Below, in pieces: positions 52,972 to 62,571 of a stretch of DNA of 64,000 nt. The position numbers and the translations under genes are program-made. Numbering within the stretch: the stretch's first letter is position 1; each line of letters opens with the position of its first letter. The stretch comes from Nannocystis pusilla (GTDB lineage: Bacteria > Myxococcota_A > Polyangia > Nannocystales > Nannocystaceae). The notes beneath the pieces are model-generated. The model ran no database searches and had not been told where the DNA came from. It saw only the letters and a list, made by a program, of their open reading frames with translations. The stretch is taken from NCBI RefSeq assembly GCF_051105105.1, contig NZ_CP185339.1; one strand, given 5' to 3'.

Positions 52972-54921
52972 GCGGCGGGGGAAGAGTACCCCTCGGCGAG
53001 CGCGTTGGCGACCTCGGTATAGGCGTAATCGCTGACGCGTTCGTCGATGCGCATGCGCAGCAGCGCCTTGCTGCGGCAGGTGGCCGCGAAGAAGAACGCG
53101 CGATCGTCGGCGCACGCGCGCGCGAGCGCCGGATCGGCGGTCCAGCGGTCCCACTCGCGCTGGCAGATCCGCCGCACCGCGGGCCACAGGACGTTCGGGC
53201 CGGGGCCGCCGGCGTCGTCGACCCAACCGATCACGGCCGCGAGGTGGGCGTGCACGAGGGTGTGCAGCAGCTTGCCCTGGGCCTCGGCGAGGTCGGAGGT
53301 CAAGGTGAAGGAGTCGGGCGCGAGCGCGGGGGCGTGGCCGGCCGCGGCCAGCCGCCCGCGGTGGAGCCGCACGCCGCCGAGGTCGCGGACGACGAAGCCG
53401 CAGGGGCGCCCGGCGTGGACGAGGAGGGTGTTTTGCAGGTGCGCCTCGAGGGCGACGCCGTGGGCGGTGAGCAGGCGCAGGGCCGCGGGGACCAGGAGGT
53501 CGAGGTAATCGTGGAAGAAGGCCGCGAGGCGCGCGCGCGGATCGCCGGGGTAGTCGGCGGCGAGCTCGCGCAGCAAGAGGTCGCCGCCGGGCCGGCGCTC
53601 GCCGAGGGCGGCGCAGACGACGAGCTGCGGGGTGCGCGATGGGACATGTTCGATAGGGAATGTCGCGCGGGACAGGTCCCCGGGGGCATGTTGCAAGGGG
53701 AATGTCTCGGAGGACAGGTCGGAGACGCGGGCGGAGGGGCGCGAGGGCGGCGAGGCGGTCGGACCGGTGAGCGGGCCGGCGAGCGAATTCGGGGCGGTCC
53801 GCGCGGCGCGGGACGGGTCCCCCGGGGCAGGTGCGGCGAGGGTGGCGAAGAGGTCCGCGTGGAGGTCGCGGGCGAGGGCGGCGGGGTCGGGGCGGAGGAC
53901 GACGCCGAGCTGGCCGGCGCTGGGGCCGTGGCGGGGGTGCAGGCCGGCGGCGGCGAGGTCGGGCTGGACCTGCAGGCCGCGGCGGGTGAGCGGATCGGCG
54001 GCCTGGATCGCGGCCAGGAGGGCGGCGATCGGCGGGCCGTTGTGCACCGAGGCGGGCGAGACCTGGCGCCGCGCGCTGGTGGTGTGGATGTCGACGGCCA
54101 GCTTGAGGTGCAGCGCGGGGGCGACGAGGGCGACGGTGCGCAGGCTGAGCAGGGCGCGCGCGTGCAGCGGGGGCAGGCCGGCCGGGCGGACCTCGCGGCC
54201 CCACAGCGGGCCGAGCAGGCGCGGGAGGCGGCGCAGCTGCAGGGCGTGGACGGGCAGGCGGACGAGGCCCGGCGGCGGGGCCGGGAACAGGGCGCGCGCG
54301 AGCTCGGCGTAGACGGTCGGCTCGGCCAGCTGGGCGTGTTCGGCGGCGACGTTCGACGGCGTGGACGGCCGCCTGGGCCAGCAGGTCGGGGCCATGGCGC
54401 AGGTTCTCCCAGGCGCGCAGGCCGAGCCGGGTCTTGCTCATCGGGTGCCACGGGTGGCCGTCGACGACCAGGTTCTCGGGGTCGAGCGGGGCGGGCCACG
54501 GCTGGCCTTTAGAGCATGTCCGATGGCGCAGGTCGGCGGCGACGCGGGCGAGGGCGAGGTTCCAGCGGCTGTCGGCGAGCTCGCCTGCGATCCGGGCGCG
54601 GATGGCGGGGGCGAGCGCGGGCAAGAGGCGCGGGAGGAGGCCGGGGAGGTCGGGGAGGTCGGCGCCGTCGAGGTCGGCGGCGTGCAGCTCGAAGGCCCGG
54701 CGCCGGCGCAGCGGGAGGCTCAAGGAACATGTGCGAAGGGACATGTCCTGGAGGTCGAATTCGACCAGCCGCTCGCGCGCGCAGGCGAGGACGAGGCGGG
54801 CGCCGATCGCCTGGGTCGCGGCCCGCCAGTGGGCGGCGAGCTCGGCGGGCGCCGGCCGGGCGCCGAACGCGACAGGCACGGCCCGGGCGGCGAAGGCGAG
54901 GAAGCGGTCGCGCTCGGACAC
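52968..54921 (-). CDS. IucA/IucC family (NRPS-independent siderophore synthetase-like) protein with a frameshift near 54330 and in-frame palindromic-repeat insertions
   Basis: N-terminal block [17 protein letters not shown] is in one frame. The mid-domain [24 protein letters not shown], the catalytic region [19 protein letters not shown] and the FhuF-like C-terminus are in the adjacent frame. The segment between the SLRT-like and H-Q-N blocks is roughly 75 aa longer than in characterised members, and it contains the 84-bp repeat array. The start is uncertain (GTG about 54921). Confidence 0.6.
53645..53728. repeat. Six 14-bp-phased repeat units (84 bp = 28 codons), in-frame inside the IucA/IucC ORF
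   Basis: Cores at 53645, 53659, 53673, 53687, 53701 and 53715. It translates to [28 protein letters not shown]. Further copies inside the same ORF lie at 54510-54535 and 54720-54750. Confidence 0.8.
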
Positions 54922-54934
54922 GGGCGAAAGGTAG

Positions 54935-55187
54935 CGCGCGGGGCCGGACGACGAAAGCGGCCGGTCCAGCCGGGAGTGGAGCTCGCGCCCGAGTCGTCGC
55001 GCGGGGCCGGACGACGAAAGCGGCCGGTCCAGCCGGGAGTGGAGCTCGCGCCCGAGTCGTCGCGCGGGGCCGGATGACGAAAGCGGCCGGTCCAGCCGGG
55101 AGTGGAGCTCGCGCCCGAGTCGTCGCGCGGGGCCAGGCGCTGCGAGCGGCAGGTCGGGTGAGCCGGTGGAGCTCGTGGCCGAGTGGT
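54935..55187. repeat. Three near-perfect and one degenerate tandem copies of a 63-bp unit
   Basis: The unit gcgcggggccggacgacgaaagcggccggtccagccgggagtggagctcgcgcccgagtcgtc repeats at 54935, 54998 and 55061. A degenerate fourth copy lies at 55124-55187. Confidence 0.8.
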
Positions 55188-55217
55188 CGGGCGCGGCGGG
55201 GCGACGAGCGCCGCCGG

Positions 55218-55990
55218 TCAGGCCGCGCGGCGGAGCTCGAGGCCGAGTTCGCCGAGCATGAGGGCGGCGGACAGGAGCAAGATCCAGGCGATCCAGCGGC
55301 GCAGGCTGTCGGGGTCGAGGTCGCCGGTGCGGCGGGCGCCGAGGTTGGCGCCGAGCAGGGTGAGCGGGGTGACGACGGCGAAGGCGGTGAGGTCGACCTG
55401 TCCTTGGAGGAAGGTGGCGACGCCGGCCGACAGCCCGGTGACGGCGCCGATCGCCATGTTGGTGCCGACGGCCACGGGCGGGGGGACGCGGGCGTAGCGG
55501 ATCATGGCCGGCAGGCGCAGGCTGCCGAGGAGGAGGCCGACGAGGCCCGAGATCGCGCCGAGGACGGCGCCGACGACGACCTCGGCGAGGACGGCGAAGG
55601 TGCGCGAAGGGACATGTTCGGAAGGACCGGCGGGCTCGGGCCGGGGCCGCAGCATGGCGGCGCCGGTGAGCAGGAGGACGCCGGCGATGGCGGCCTTGAG
55701 GAGGCGGGCGTCGACGCTGCCGGCCCAGCGCGCGGTGGCGAAGGCGGCGACGGCCGAGGGCGCGCCGACGGTGGCCAGCAGCCACAGGCTGACGCGGCCG
55801 TCGCGGGCGTGACGCCAGGTGCCGGTGAGGGTGCCGGCGGTGGAGATGGCGAGGCTGGTGGCGGCCCCGACGACGGGGCTGCCGAGGACGTAGACGAGGA
55901 GGGCCACCCGCAGCTGACCGAGCACGAGCCCGACCGTGGCGCCGATGTAGCTGAGGCCGAAGGAGACCAGCGCGATGAGCGCCAGCGCGA
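55218..55990 (-). CDS. TauE/SafE (DUF81) family anion exporter; no canonical start codon
   Basis: Two TauE half-repeats of TM helices with GxxxG-rich segments. The N-terminal helix [22 protein letters not shown] lies upstream of the GTG given in the ORF track, and no ATG/GTG/TTG was found there. A GGACATGTTC repeat unit (55600-55625) lies in-frame in the central loop ([11 protein letters not shown]). Confidence 0.65.
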
Positions 55991-56148
55991 GGATCTCGGT
56001 GGAGCGCAGGCGCCGACGCTATCACGCGCGCGGCGAGTCCGGGGCAGCCGCGCCGACGCGAGCGCCGACATGAGGTGGCGTTCATGATCGCAGCGTTCAC
56101 GCCTCGCGCGATGCGAGGCCGCGTGCATCGGCGTCGGCGCGAGCGATC

Positions 56149-57003
56149 GTGTCGGCGGTGAAAGCCGGGAGGCGGCTTGACAGGCGGGCGCGCGGGGGCG
56201 GACGCTGCGGCGGCGTGACGGAGCGCGGAGACACTGCGGCGGCGGAGGAGCTCGCAACGGGGCTCTCAGGGCCGACGAGGCCGCGCTGGGTGGTGATCCA
56301 CTGGACGCCGGAGGCGCTCGGGCTGGTGCGGGCGATCGCGGCGGCCGAGCCGGCGCCGGAGCTGACGCTGATCGGGCCGGCGCCGGCGGACGAGGTCGCG
56401 GCGGCGCTGGCCGAGTTGCCCGCGGGACATGTCCAAAAGTACTGGCAAGGCTCGGCGAGCGGCGGGGTCGAGGCGCTGGCGCGCTTCTTCGCCGACACCG
56501 CCGGGCTGCCGGCGGCCGACGCGATCATCGTGCTGCCGCTGCGCGGCCACGGCGAGACCGACGCGTTCTCGCGCCTGGTGTGCACGGCGATCCTGCGCGC
56601 CTGCAAGGGCAAGCCGCCGCACGTGGTGGTGGCGGTCGAGGACCCGGAGGCGACCCACGAGTTCGAGGGCCTGGGGGTGGCGACGATCTTCTACCCGGGC
56701 TTTCTGCGCGCGGCGCTGCTGGCCCACGCGTGCATCGACCTCGGGGCGTTCCGCTTCATGCTGGCGCTGCTCGGCGGGCGCCTGCGCGTCGAGACCTGGC
56801 CGGTGCCGCCGGAGCTGCGCGCGGGGACGTTCCGCGAGGCCTGCCTGAACGTGGAGGTCGACCGCCGCGGCCGCCCGGTGACGCTGATCGGGCTGTTCGC
56901 GCCCGGCGAGGGCGGGCCGGACGCGATGCTGCTGAGCCCGTCGCCCGCCCGCCCGCTGCGCGACGCGAGCGCGCTGCTGGTGCTGACCGGGGAGGCCGAG
57001 TGA
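56149..57003 (+). CDS. Soluble RCK/TrkA-like (Castor/Pollux-type cytosolic domain) protein; start uncertain
   Basis: Rossmann-like alternating patterns ([38 protein letters not shown]) resemble the C-terminal domains of the downstream channel gene. Confidence 0.35.
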   Translation: MSAVKAGRRLDRRARGGGRCGGVTERGDTAAAEELATGLSGPTRPRWVVIHWTPEALGLVRAIAAAEPAPELTLIGPAPADEVAAALAELPAGHVQKYWQGSASGGVEALARFFADTAGLPAADAIIVLPLRGHGETDAFSRLVCTAILRACKGKPPHVVVAVEDPEATHEFEGLGVATIFYPGFLRAALLAHACIDLGAFRFMLALLGGRLRVETWPVPPELRAGTFREACLNVEVDRRGRPVTLIGLFAPGEGGPDAMLLSPSPARPLRDASALLVLTGEAE

Positions 57004-57083
57004 GACGCGGGCGCGGGGTGCGGCGGCAGGACGACGCGGACGGCGCGAGCTCGTCGCGGGCGCGGTGGCCTGGTCGTCGGGGC

Positions 57084-59408
57084 ATGTTCTCTCGGACATG
57101 GCCGATCGCTACTGTCTTCTTGGGCATGTTCCTGCAGACAGGCGCGGCGCGGGCGGGCGAGGCGATCGTGGTCCGCTTCGGCTCGGGGGCGAAGAAGGGC
57201 GGCTTCGACGTGACCGCGCACGCGCTGGCCGAGGCGGTCCAGGGCGAGGGGCGGGTGACGATCGCGCCGGAGGCGACCCGGGGCTCGTGCGAGAACGTCC
57301 ACAAGCTGCTGTCGGGCGAGCTCGACGCGGCGCTGGTGCAGTACGACGTGGCGGCGGAGGCGTTCAAGGCCGGGCTGGCCGACGCGGACGCGGGCGACAG
57401 CGCGATCCCGAAGGGCGGGTGGATGTGCAAGCTGTCGCCCGAGGAGGCCGACAAGGCCGAGCTGCGGGTGATCGCGGCGGTGTCCGACGCGGCGGTCCAC
57501 GTGCTGGTGCGCCGGCCGGTGCGCCTCGACGACTTCGCCGAGATCGGCCGCGAGCCGCTGTTCATGGGCAAGGACGGCTCGGGCAGCTACGAGACGGCCA
57601 AGGTGATCCTCGGCGCGGCCGGCCACACCGCGGAGCAACTGCCGCTGTTCACGGGCACGGCCGACGAGGCGCTGGCGGCGATGAGCCGGCGCGAGCTGCT
57701 GACGATGCTGCGCACCACCGAGCCCGGGCACGCGGAGATCCGCGACGTGCTGGCGTCGGGCCTGGCGACCCTGAACCCGCTGCCCGAGGGGGTGCTAAAC
57801 CGCCTGATCGACGGCTACCCGTACTACCGGATCTGCCCGATCGAGACCGGGACCTATCCTGGCCTCGAGTACAGCATGCCGACGGTGTGCGTGAGCTCGG
57901 TGGTGCTGGTGGCGACGCCGCGCGAGCGGGTCGAAGACGAGAGCTTCTTGGCCGACCGTCGGCTGGCGGTCGAGGCGATGATCCAGGGGCTCAAGAAGCT
58001 CGCGCGCGACAAGCAGTACGCGAGCCTCAAGATCCGCGTGGAGTGGCGCGGGTTCGCCGAGCGCGAGCCGATCCCGCTCCACCCGGTGGCCGAGCTGCAC
58101 GAGACCAGCGAGCGCCGGCAGGCGTGGCTGCAGGGCGGGGCGTTCGCGGCGGCGCTGGGGTTGGCGCTGTACCTGGTGCGCCGGGCGCTGCGGCGGCGGC
58201 GGGTCCCGGGCGCGGGGATCGAGAGCCAGCTGTCGAACCCGCTGGTGCCGTTCGCCGCGTTCGCGTGCGTGGTGACGCTGTCGACGTTCATCGTCTGGTC
58301 TCTGGAACATGACTCGAACGCCAGGCTCAGGACGCTCAACGACTCGTTCTGGGAGATGAACACGTTCGCCACCGGCAACTTCACGACCGAGACGCTGAAG
58401 ACGCCGACGGCGCGGCTGGTCGGGGCGGCGGCGACGATCCTCGGGCTCGGCCTGCTCGCGTGGTTCACCGCGACGCTGACCAACATCTTCGCGCAGGAGC
58501 AGACGCGGCTGTGGCGGCGGCTCAACCGGCACCTGGTGGTGCTGAACTTCCGCGAGGACATGCTGCCGCTGATCCGGCTGCTGCGCAGCCCGGGGCCGAC
58601 CCGGCACCGGCCGCTGCACGTGGTGGTGTCCGACGCGCTGCCGCGGCGGGTGCGGCTGCAGCTGGCGCGCGTGAAGGCGCTGACGATCCACCACTCGAAC
58701 CCGGAGGTGCCGGAGGACCTGGCGGGGCTGCGGCTGCCGCGGGCGTCGCGGGTGATCGTGCTCGGCGACGGCGACGGGTCGGGGGCCAGCTACGATCCGC
58801 TGCGGATCGCCCGCGCGGTCCATCAGGCGTGCGCCCGCGACCCGCTCGGCGGCGGCCAGCGAGCGCGGACGCTCGGGGTGGCGGCGACGTCGGTGGAGAT
58901 CGCCCGCACCGCGCCGGCGCTGCCGGTGACTCTGGTCGAGACGTCGGAGGCGGAGCGCGAGGAGGTGTTCTCGCCGTTCGCGGCCTGGCTGGTGCCGGTC
59001 GATTGCCAGGCGCTGGCGCACCGCTGGCTGGTGATGGCGTGCCGCGACCGCGCGTTCGCGGAGCTGTTCAACCGCGTGGTGGCGTTCGCCGACGACAACG
59101 CCGAGGTCTACACGGCGCCGGCACCGACCTGGCTCATCGGACAGCCGTGGCGCAAGGTCCGGCGCGCGTTGCTCGAGGTGCAGGGCCGCGGCGGCGCGGT
59201 GCCGCTGGGGCTGTATCGCGCCGCCGATCCGGGCGGCAAGGCGCCGGCGGGCGGGACGTCGCACGCGGAGCTGCGGCGGCGGCTGATCGTCAACCCGCGG
59301 CCGGACGAGACGCTGGTGCCGGGCGACCTGATCGTGGCGCTGTGCGAGGACGAGGCCGACCTGGTGCGGATCGTGGCCGAGAGCCGCAAGGTCGCGGCGC
59401 CGGGCTGA
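57084..59408 (+). CDS. Fusion protein: periplasmic TAXI-type solute-binding domain + 2-TM pore domain + tandem RCK/Castor-Pollux-like cytosolic domains
   Basis: Signal MFSRTWPIATVFLGMFLQTGAARA. TAXI-like PBP2 motifs (GS.EN..L..GELDAALVQYD, GKDGSGSYETAKVILGAAG). TM1, a pore-helix-like segment FWEMNTFATGNFTTETL and TM2. Then RCK-like segments (HLVVLNFRED..., ASRVIVLGDGD). The ATG and signal-peptide coding are supplied by a GGGCATGTTC/GGACATGG repeat array (57078-57140). Confidence 0.65.
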   Translation: MFSRTWPIATVFLGMFLQTGAARAGEAIVVRFGSGAKKGGFDVTAHALAEAVQGEGRVTIAPEATRGSCENVHKLLSGELDAALVQYDVAAEAFKAGLADADAGDSAIPKGGWMCKLSPEEADKAELRVIAAVSDAAVHVLVRRPVRLDDFAEIGREPLFMGKDGSGSYETAKVILGAAGHTAEQLPLFTGTADEALAAMSRRELLTMLRTTEPGHAEIRDVLASGLATLNPLPEGVLNRLIDGYPYYRICPIETGTYPGLEYSMPTVCVSSVVLVATPRERVEDESFLADRRLAVEAMIQGLKKLARDKQYASLKIRVEWRGFAEREPIPLHPVAELHETSERRQAWLQGGAFAAALGLALYLVRRALRRRRVPGAGIESQLSNPLVPFAAFACVVTLSTFIVWSLEHDSNARLRTLNDSFWEMNTFATGNFTTETLKTPTARLVGAAATILGLGLLAWFTATLTNIFAQEQTRLWRRLNRHLVVLNFREDMLPLIRLLRSPGPTRHRPLHVVVSDALPRRVRLQLARVKALTIHHSNPEVPEDLAGLRLPRASRVIVLGDGDGSGASYDPLRIARAVHQACARDPLGGGQRARTLGVAATSVEIARTAPALPVTLVETSEAEREEVFSPFAAWLVPVDCQALAHRWLVMACRDRAFAELFNRVVAFADDNAEVYTAPAPTWLIGQPWRKVRRALLEVQGRGGAVPLGLYRAADPGGKAPAGGTSHAELRRRLIVNPRPDETLVPGDLIVALCEDEADLVRIVAESRKVAAPG

Positions 59409-59669
59409 CGGCGCGGCGCGCGACGCGGGCAGGCGCGCATGGGCGCCGGAGCGCGCTGCCGGTCCACGCCTCGCGCTCGGAGTCGGAGGGTCTGCAGGCT
59501 GCGGCCGCAGCGGCGAGGTGAACGAGCTGCAGGTCGCGACAGCGGTCGATCGCAGCGAGGATGCGGTAGCGAGGTCGCGACGCGGGCCGTCGACCCCACG
59601 CGCGGGCGCGAGTCGCCTGCCGCGCGCCGGTTGACTGCGGCGGCGGTCAGGTCGTATGCGAAAGATGAG

Positions 59670-60869
59670 ATGCTGCCCTCTCGCGTCGTCCTCGCGTGGT
59701 CTTCCGTGCTCGTCGTCGGCTGCTATTCGGGCGTCGCGGAGGTGACCGAGAGCATCGGCGCGCCGGAGACCGCGAGTGAGGCGACGAGCACCGGCGCGGG
59801 CGCGGCGAGCAGCGAACCGGAGACGAGCGATGCGAGCGCGCCGGGCACCGGCGAGGCGTCGACTTCGGGACCGCCGACGAGCACGAGCGGCGCCGGGACG
59901 ACGACCACGGGGCCGGACGAGGTGTCCTCGGGGCCAGGTCCGACCGGCGACGGGACCTCCGGCGCGGCTTCGGCGACCACCGGCGAGCTCACCACCGGCG
60001 AGCTCACCACCGGCGAGCTCACCACCGGCGACATCACCACCACCGGCGAGCCGATCGATCCGGCGGCGGAGGTGTGCGCGCGCTGGACGGCGGACCGTAC
60101 GGACATGTCTGAAGGGACATGGAGCGGGGCGGTCGCCGGCTGTCAGGCGGGGGACACGGGCGCGCCGGGCCGCGACAACGCGCTCAGGCTGATCAACTTG
60201 TACCGCTGGCTGGCCGGGCTGCCGGCGGTCGGGCACGACCCCGGGCTCGGCGCCAAGGCGCAGCAGTGCGCGCTGATGATGCACGCCAACGGGCAGCTGT
60301 CGCACGACCCGCCGATGCAGTGGGACTGTTACACCGCCGACGGGGCGCAGGCGGCGAAGAACAGCAACATCTCGTCGACGCCGGGCGTGGTAGCGGTCGA
60401 CCTCTACATGGTCGACCCCGGCAACGCGACGACCTTCGGCCACCGGCGGTGGATCCTCTCGAACAAGCTCGGGCCGGTCGGGCTCGGGTCGACGGCCGTC
60501 AACTCGTGCATGTGGGTGATCGGCGGGCAGGGCGGCGGCGACGCGGCGTGGACGGCCTGGCCGCCGCCCGGGGTGGTGCCGATCGCCGCGATCCACGTGC
60601 CCGAGGTGCCGTGGTCCGACGTCGACGAGACGGGCTGGACGATCCAGAGCGACGCGATCGACCTCGGCGCGGCGCAGGTCAAGATCAGCGAGGGCGGGGT
60701 CGACCGGCCGGTGAAGACGACGGCGCTCATGGGCGGGTTCGGCTCGGCCAGCGCGATCGCCATGACGCCGCAGGGCTGGACCTCGGAGGCCGGCAAGACC
60801 TACACGGTGGCGGTCAGCGGGGTGCCGCAGCCGTTCAGCTACGACGTGCAGGTGGTCGCCTGCCCATGA
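59670..60869 (+). CDS. CAP (CRISP/Ag5/PR-1, SCP) domain lipoprotein with a Ser/Thr/Gly-rich linker
   Basis: Lipobox LVVGCYSG. (GELTT)x3 tandem peptide repeat. The CAP core LINLYRWLAGLPAV...AQQCALMMHANGQLSHDPP..WDCYT..GAQAAKNSNI..HRRWIL. A GGACATGTCTGAAGGGACATGG repeat pair at 60100-60125 is in-frame (TDMSEGTWS), and the stop codon lies inside the next repeat array. Confidence 0.75.
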   Translation: MLPSRVVLAWSSVLVVGCYSGVAEVTESIGAPETASEATSTGAGAASSEPETSDASAPGTGEASTSGPPTSTSGAGTTTTGPDEVSSGPGPTGDGTSGAASATTGELTTGELTTGELTTGDITTTGEPIDPAAEVCARWTADRTDMSEGTWSGAVAGCQAGDTGAPGRDNALRLINLYRWLAGLPAVGHDPGLGAKAQQCALMMHANGQLSHDPPMQWDCYTADGAQAAKNSNISSTPGVVAVDLYMVDPGNATTFGHRRWILSNKLGPVGLGSTAVNSCMWVIGGQGGGDAAWTAWPPPGVVPIAAIHVPEVPWSDVDETGWTIQSDAIDLGAAQVKISEGGVDRPVKTTALMGGFGSASAIAMTPQGWTSEAGKTYTVAVSGVPQPFSYDVQVVACP

Positions 60870-60873
60870 GGGA

Positions 60874-60920
60874 CATGTCCGTACGGGCATGGCCGAGCGG
60901 GCATGTCCCGACGGGCATGG
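60874..60920. repeat. 14-bp-phased GGACATGTCC / GGGCATGG array (4 units)
   Basis: Cores at 60874, 60888, 60902 and 60916, starting inside the CAP gene stop codon (cccaTGAgggacatgtcc). Confidence 0.85.
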
Positions 60921-60924
60921 CCGA

Positions 60925-61383
60925 TCAGACAGCCGCGACGCAGACCAGGCGGACCTCGATGGCGCGCGTCTCCTCGCCGCTCGGCTCGATGTTGGTGGCC
61001 TCGATCACGAGCTCGTCGCCGTCGCGGCGGAAGGCGGTGCGCCAGCCCCAGCGCTGATCGCCGGCGCGGTAGCTGCCGAGGACCGAGACGGCGGGGCCCG
61101 CGGGCCCGGTCGACCACAGGGGGGAGGCGCCGGTGTGGAAGGTGTCGATCCAGTACAGGGTGTGCTCGTGGTCGTCGACGCCGAGGGTCATCTCGCCGTG
61201 GTGCAGCTTGCCGGTGCACACGCCGTCGTAGCGGAGGCGCGCGTAGCGGCCGTCGAGCAGCGACTCGATCTGGACGCGCCAGTCGCCGACGTTCGGCTCG
61301 CCCGTCGGGTCGAGCCAGGTGCGCGCGGGGCCGGTCCATGAGCCTGTGAGTTCGGTGAGGGGGTGGGCCATGACGCCGGTCAT
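60925..61383 (-). CDS. Hypothetical small protein (DUF1579-like)
   Basis: 152 aa ORF MTGVMAHPLTELTGSWTGPARTWLDP...IEVRLVCVAAV of balanced composition. Confidence 0.5.
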   Translation of the reverse strand: MTGVMAHPLTELTGSWTGPARTWLDPTGEPNVGDWRVQIESLLDGRYARLRYDGVCTGKLHHGEMTLGVDDHEHTLYWIDTFHTGASPLWSTGPAGPAVSVLGSYRAGDQRWGWRTAFRRDGDELVIEATNIEPSGEETRAIEVRLVCVAAV

Positions 61384-61443
61384 AAGCGATCGCCGGCGGG
61401 CGATCCACCGGCGTGGGGTCGGGCCAGTGCTATAGTGACGGCG

Positions 61444-62562
61444 ATGCGAGCGGTCCGCGGTGCGGTCGGGGTGTTGTGGCTCGGGCTCGGTGCGTGCCCG
61501 TCGCCGGCCACGCGCGGCGAGAGCGACGCGGGGACGACGAGTGGTTCGGCGGAGGCGGGCGCGCCCGCCGAGACGAGCAGCTCGAGCAGCTCGAGCGAAA
61601 CGACGGCGGCGCCGACGACCACGGGGCCGGGGCCCGACGTCGGGATCGCGTCGCGCTGCGGTCACGACAGCCCGGAGGCGCTGATGGACTGCGTCGACCC
61701 GGCTCGCTGGGCCGAGGACGTCGCGTTCATGGCCCAGTCGCGGCCGCCGGGATCGATCCACTGGCAGAAGGTGCAGGATCGCTGCGCGGCGGCGCTCGAG
61801 CAGGCGGGCTTCGTGGTGCAGCGCCAGGACTACGGCACGGGGATCAACGTGATCGGGACGCGCGAGGGCACCGCGGCGGCGTCCGAGGTGGTGCTGCTGA
61901 CGGCCCACTACGATCACGTCAGCGGCTGCCCCGGCGCCGACGACAACGCGAGCGGGGTGGCCGGGGCGCTCGAGGTGGCGCGCGTGCTCGGGCAGGCGAC
62001 GCTGCCGCGCACGCTGATGGTGGCCTGCTGGGACGAGGAGGAGCTGGGGCTGCGCGGCTCGCGGGCGTTCGCGCAGACGTTCACGGGCGCGAAGCTGGCG
62101 GTGGCGTTCAACTTCGACATGATCGGCTACGCGAGCGCGGCGGAGCACTCGCAGATCTTCCCGGGGCCGCTGGCGGAGCGGTTCCCCGGGCTGGCCGACG
62201 AGCTGACCGCCAACAAGGGGCGCGCCGACTTCATCGCCGTGGTCGCCGACGCGTCGGCCGAGGCGTTCGCGCGCGAGCTGGAGGCGCAGGCGGAGGGCCT
62301 CGGCCGGCTGACGGGGGTGATGACGCTGACGGACGCGGAGAAGCTCGACGACGACGCGTTCGGGGTGCTGAGCACGTCGGACCACCGCAGCTTCTGGGAG
62401 CGCGGGCTGCCGGCGCTGCACGTGTTCGACACCGGGGTGTTCCGCAACCCGGCGTATCACTGCGCGGTCGGGCTCGACACCCCGGACAAGCTCGATCACG
62501 CGTTCGCTACCGACGTGCTCAAGGCGACGACGGCGGCGGTCGCGGCGGCGGCCGGGCTGTAG
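61444..62562 (+). CDS. M28 family Zn aminopeptidase lipoprotein
   Basis: Lipobox LGLGAC and a Ser-rich linker. M28 motifs LLTAHYDHV, DDNASGVAGALEVAR, CWDEEELGLRGS and FNFDMIG. Confidence 0.8.
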   Translation: MRAVRGAVGVLWLGLGACPSPATRGESDAGTTSGSAEAGAPAETSSSSSSSETTAAPTTTGPGPDVGIASRCGHDSPEALMDCVDPARWAEDVAFMAQSRPPGSIHWQKVQDRCAAALEQAGFVVQRQDYGTGINVIGTREGTAAASEVVLLTAHYDHVSGCPGADDNASGVAGALEVARVLGQATLPRTLMVACWDEEELGLRGSRAFAQTFTGAKLAVAFNFDMIGYASAAEHSQIFPGPLAERFPGLADELTANKGRADFIAVVADASAEAFARELEAQAEGLGRLTGVMTLTDAEKLDDDAFGVLSTSDHRSFWERGLPALHVFDTGVFRNPAYHCAVGLDTPDKLDHAFATDVLKATTAAVAAAAGL

Positions 62563-62571
62563 CCGCGCGGC

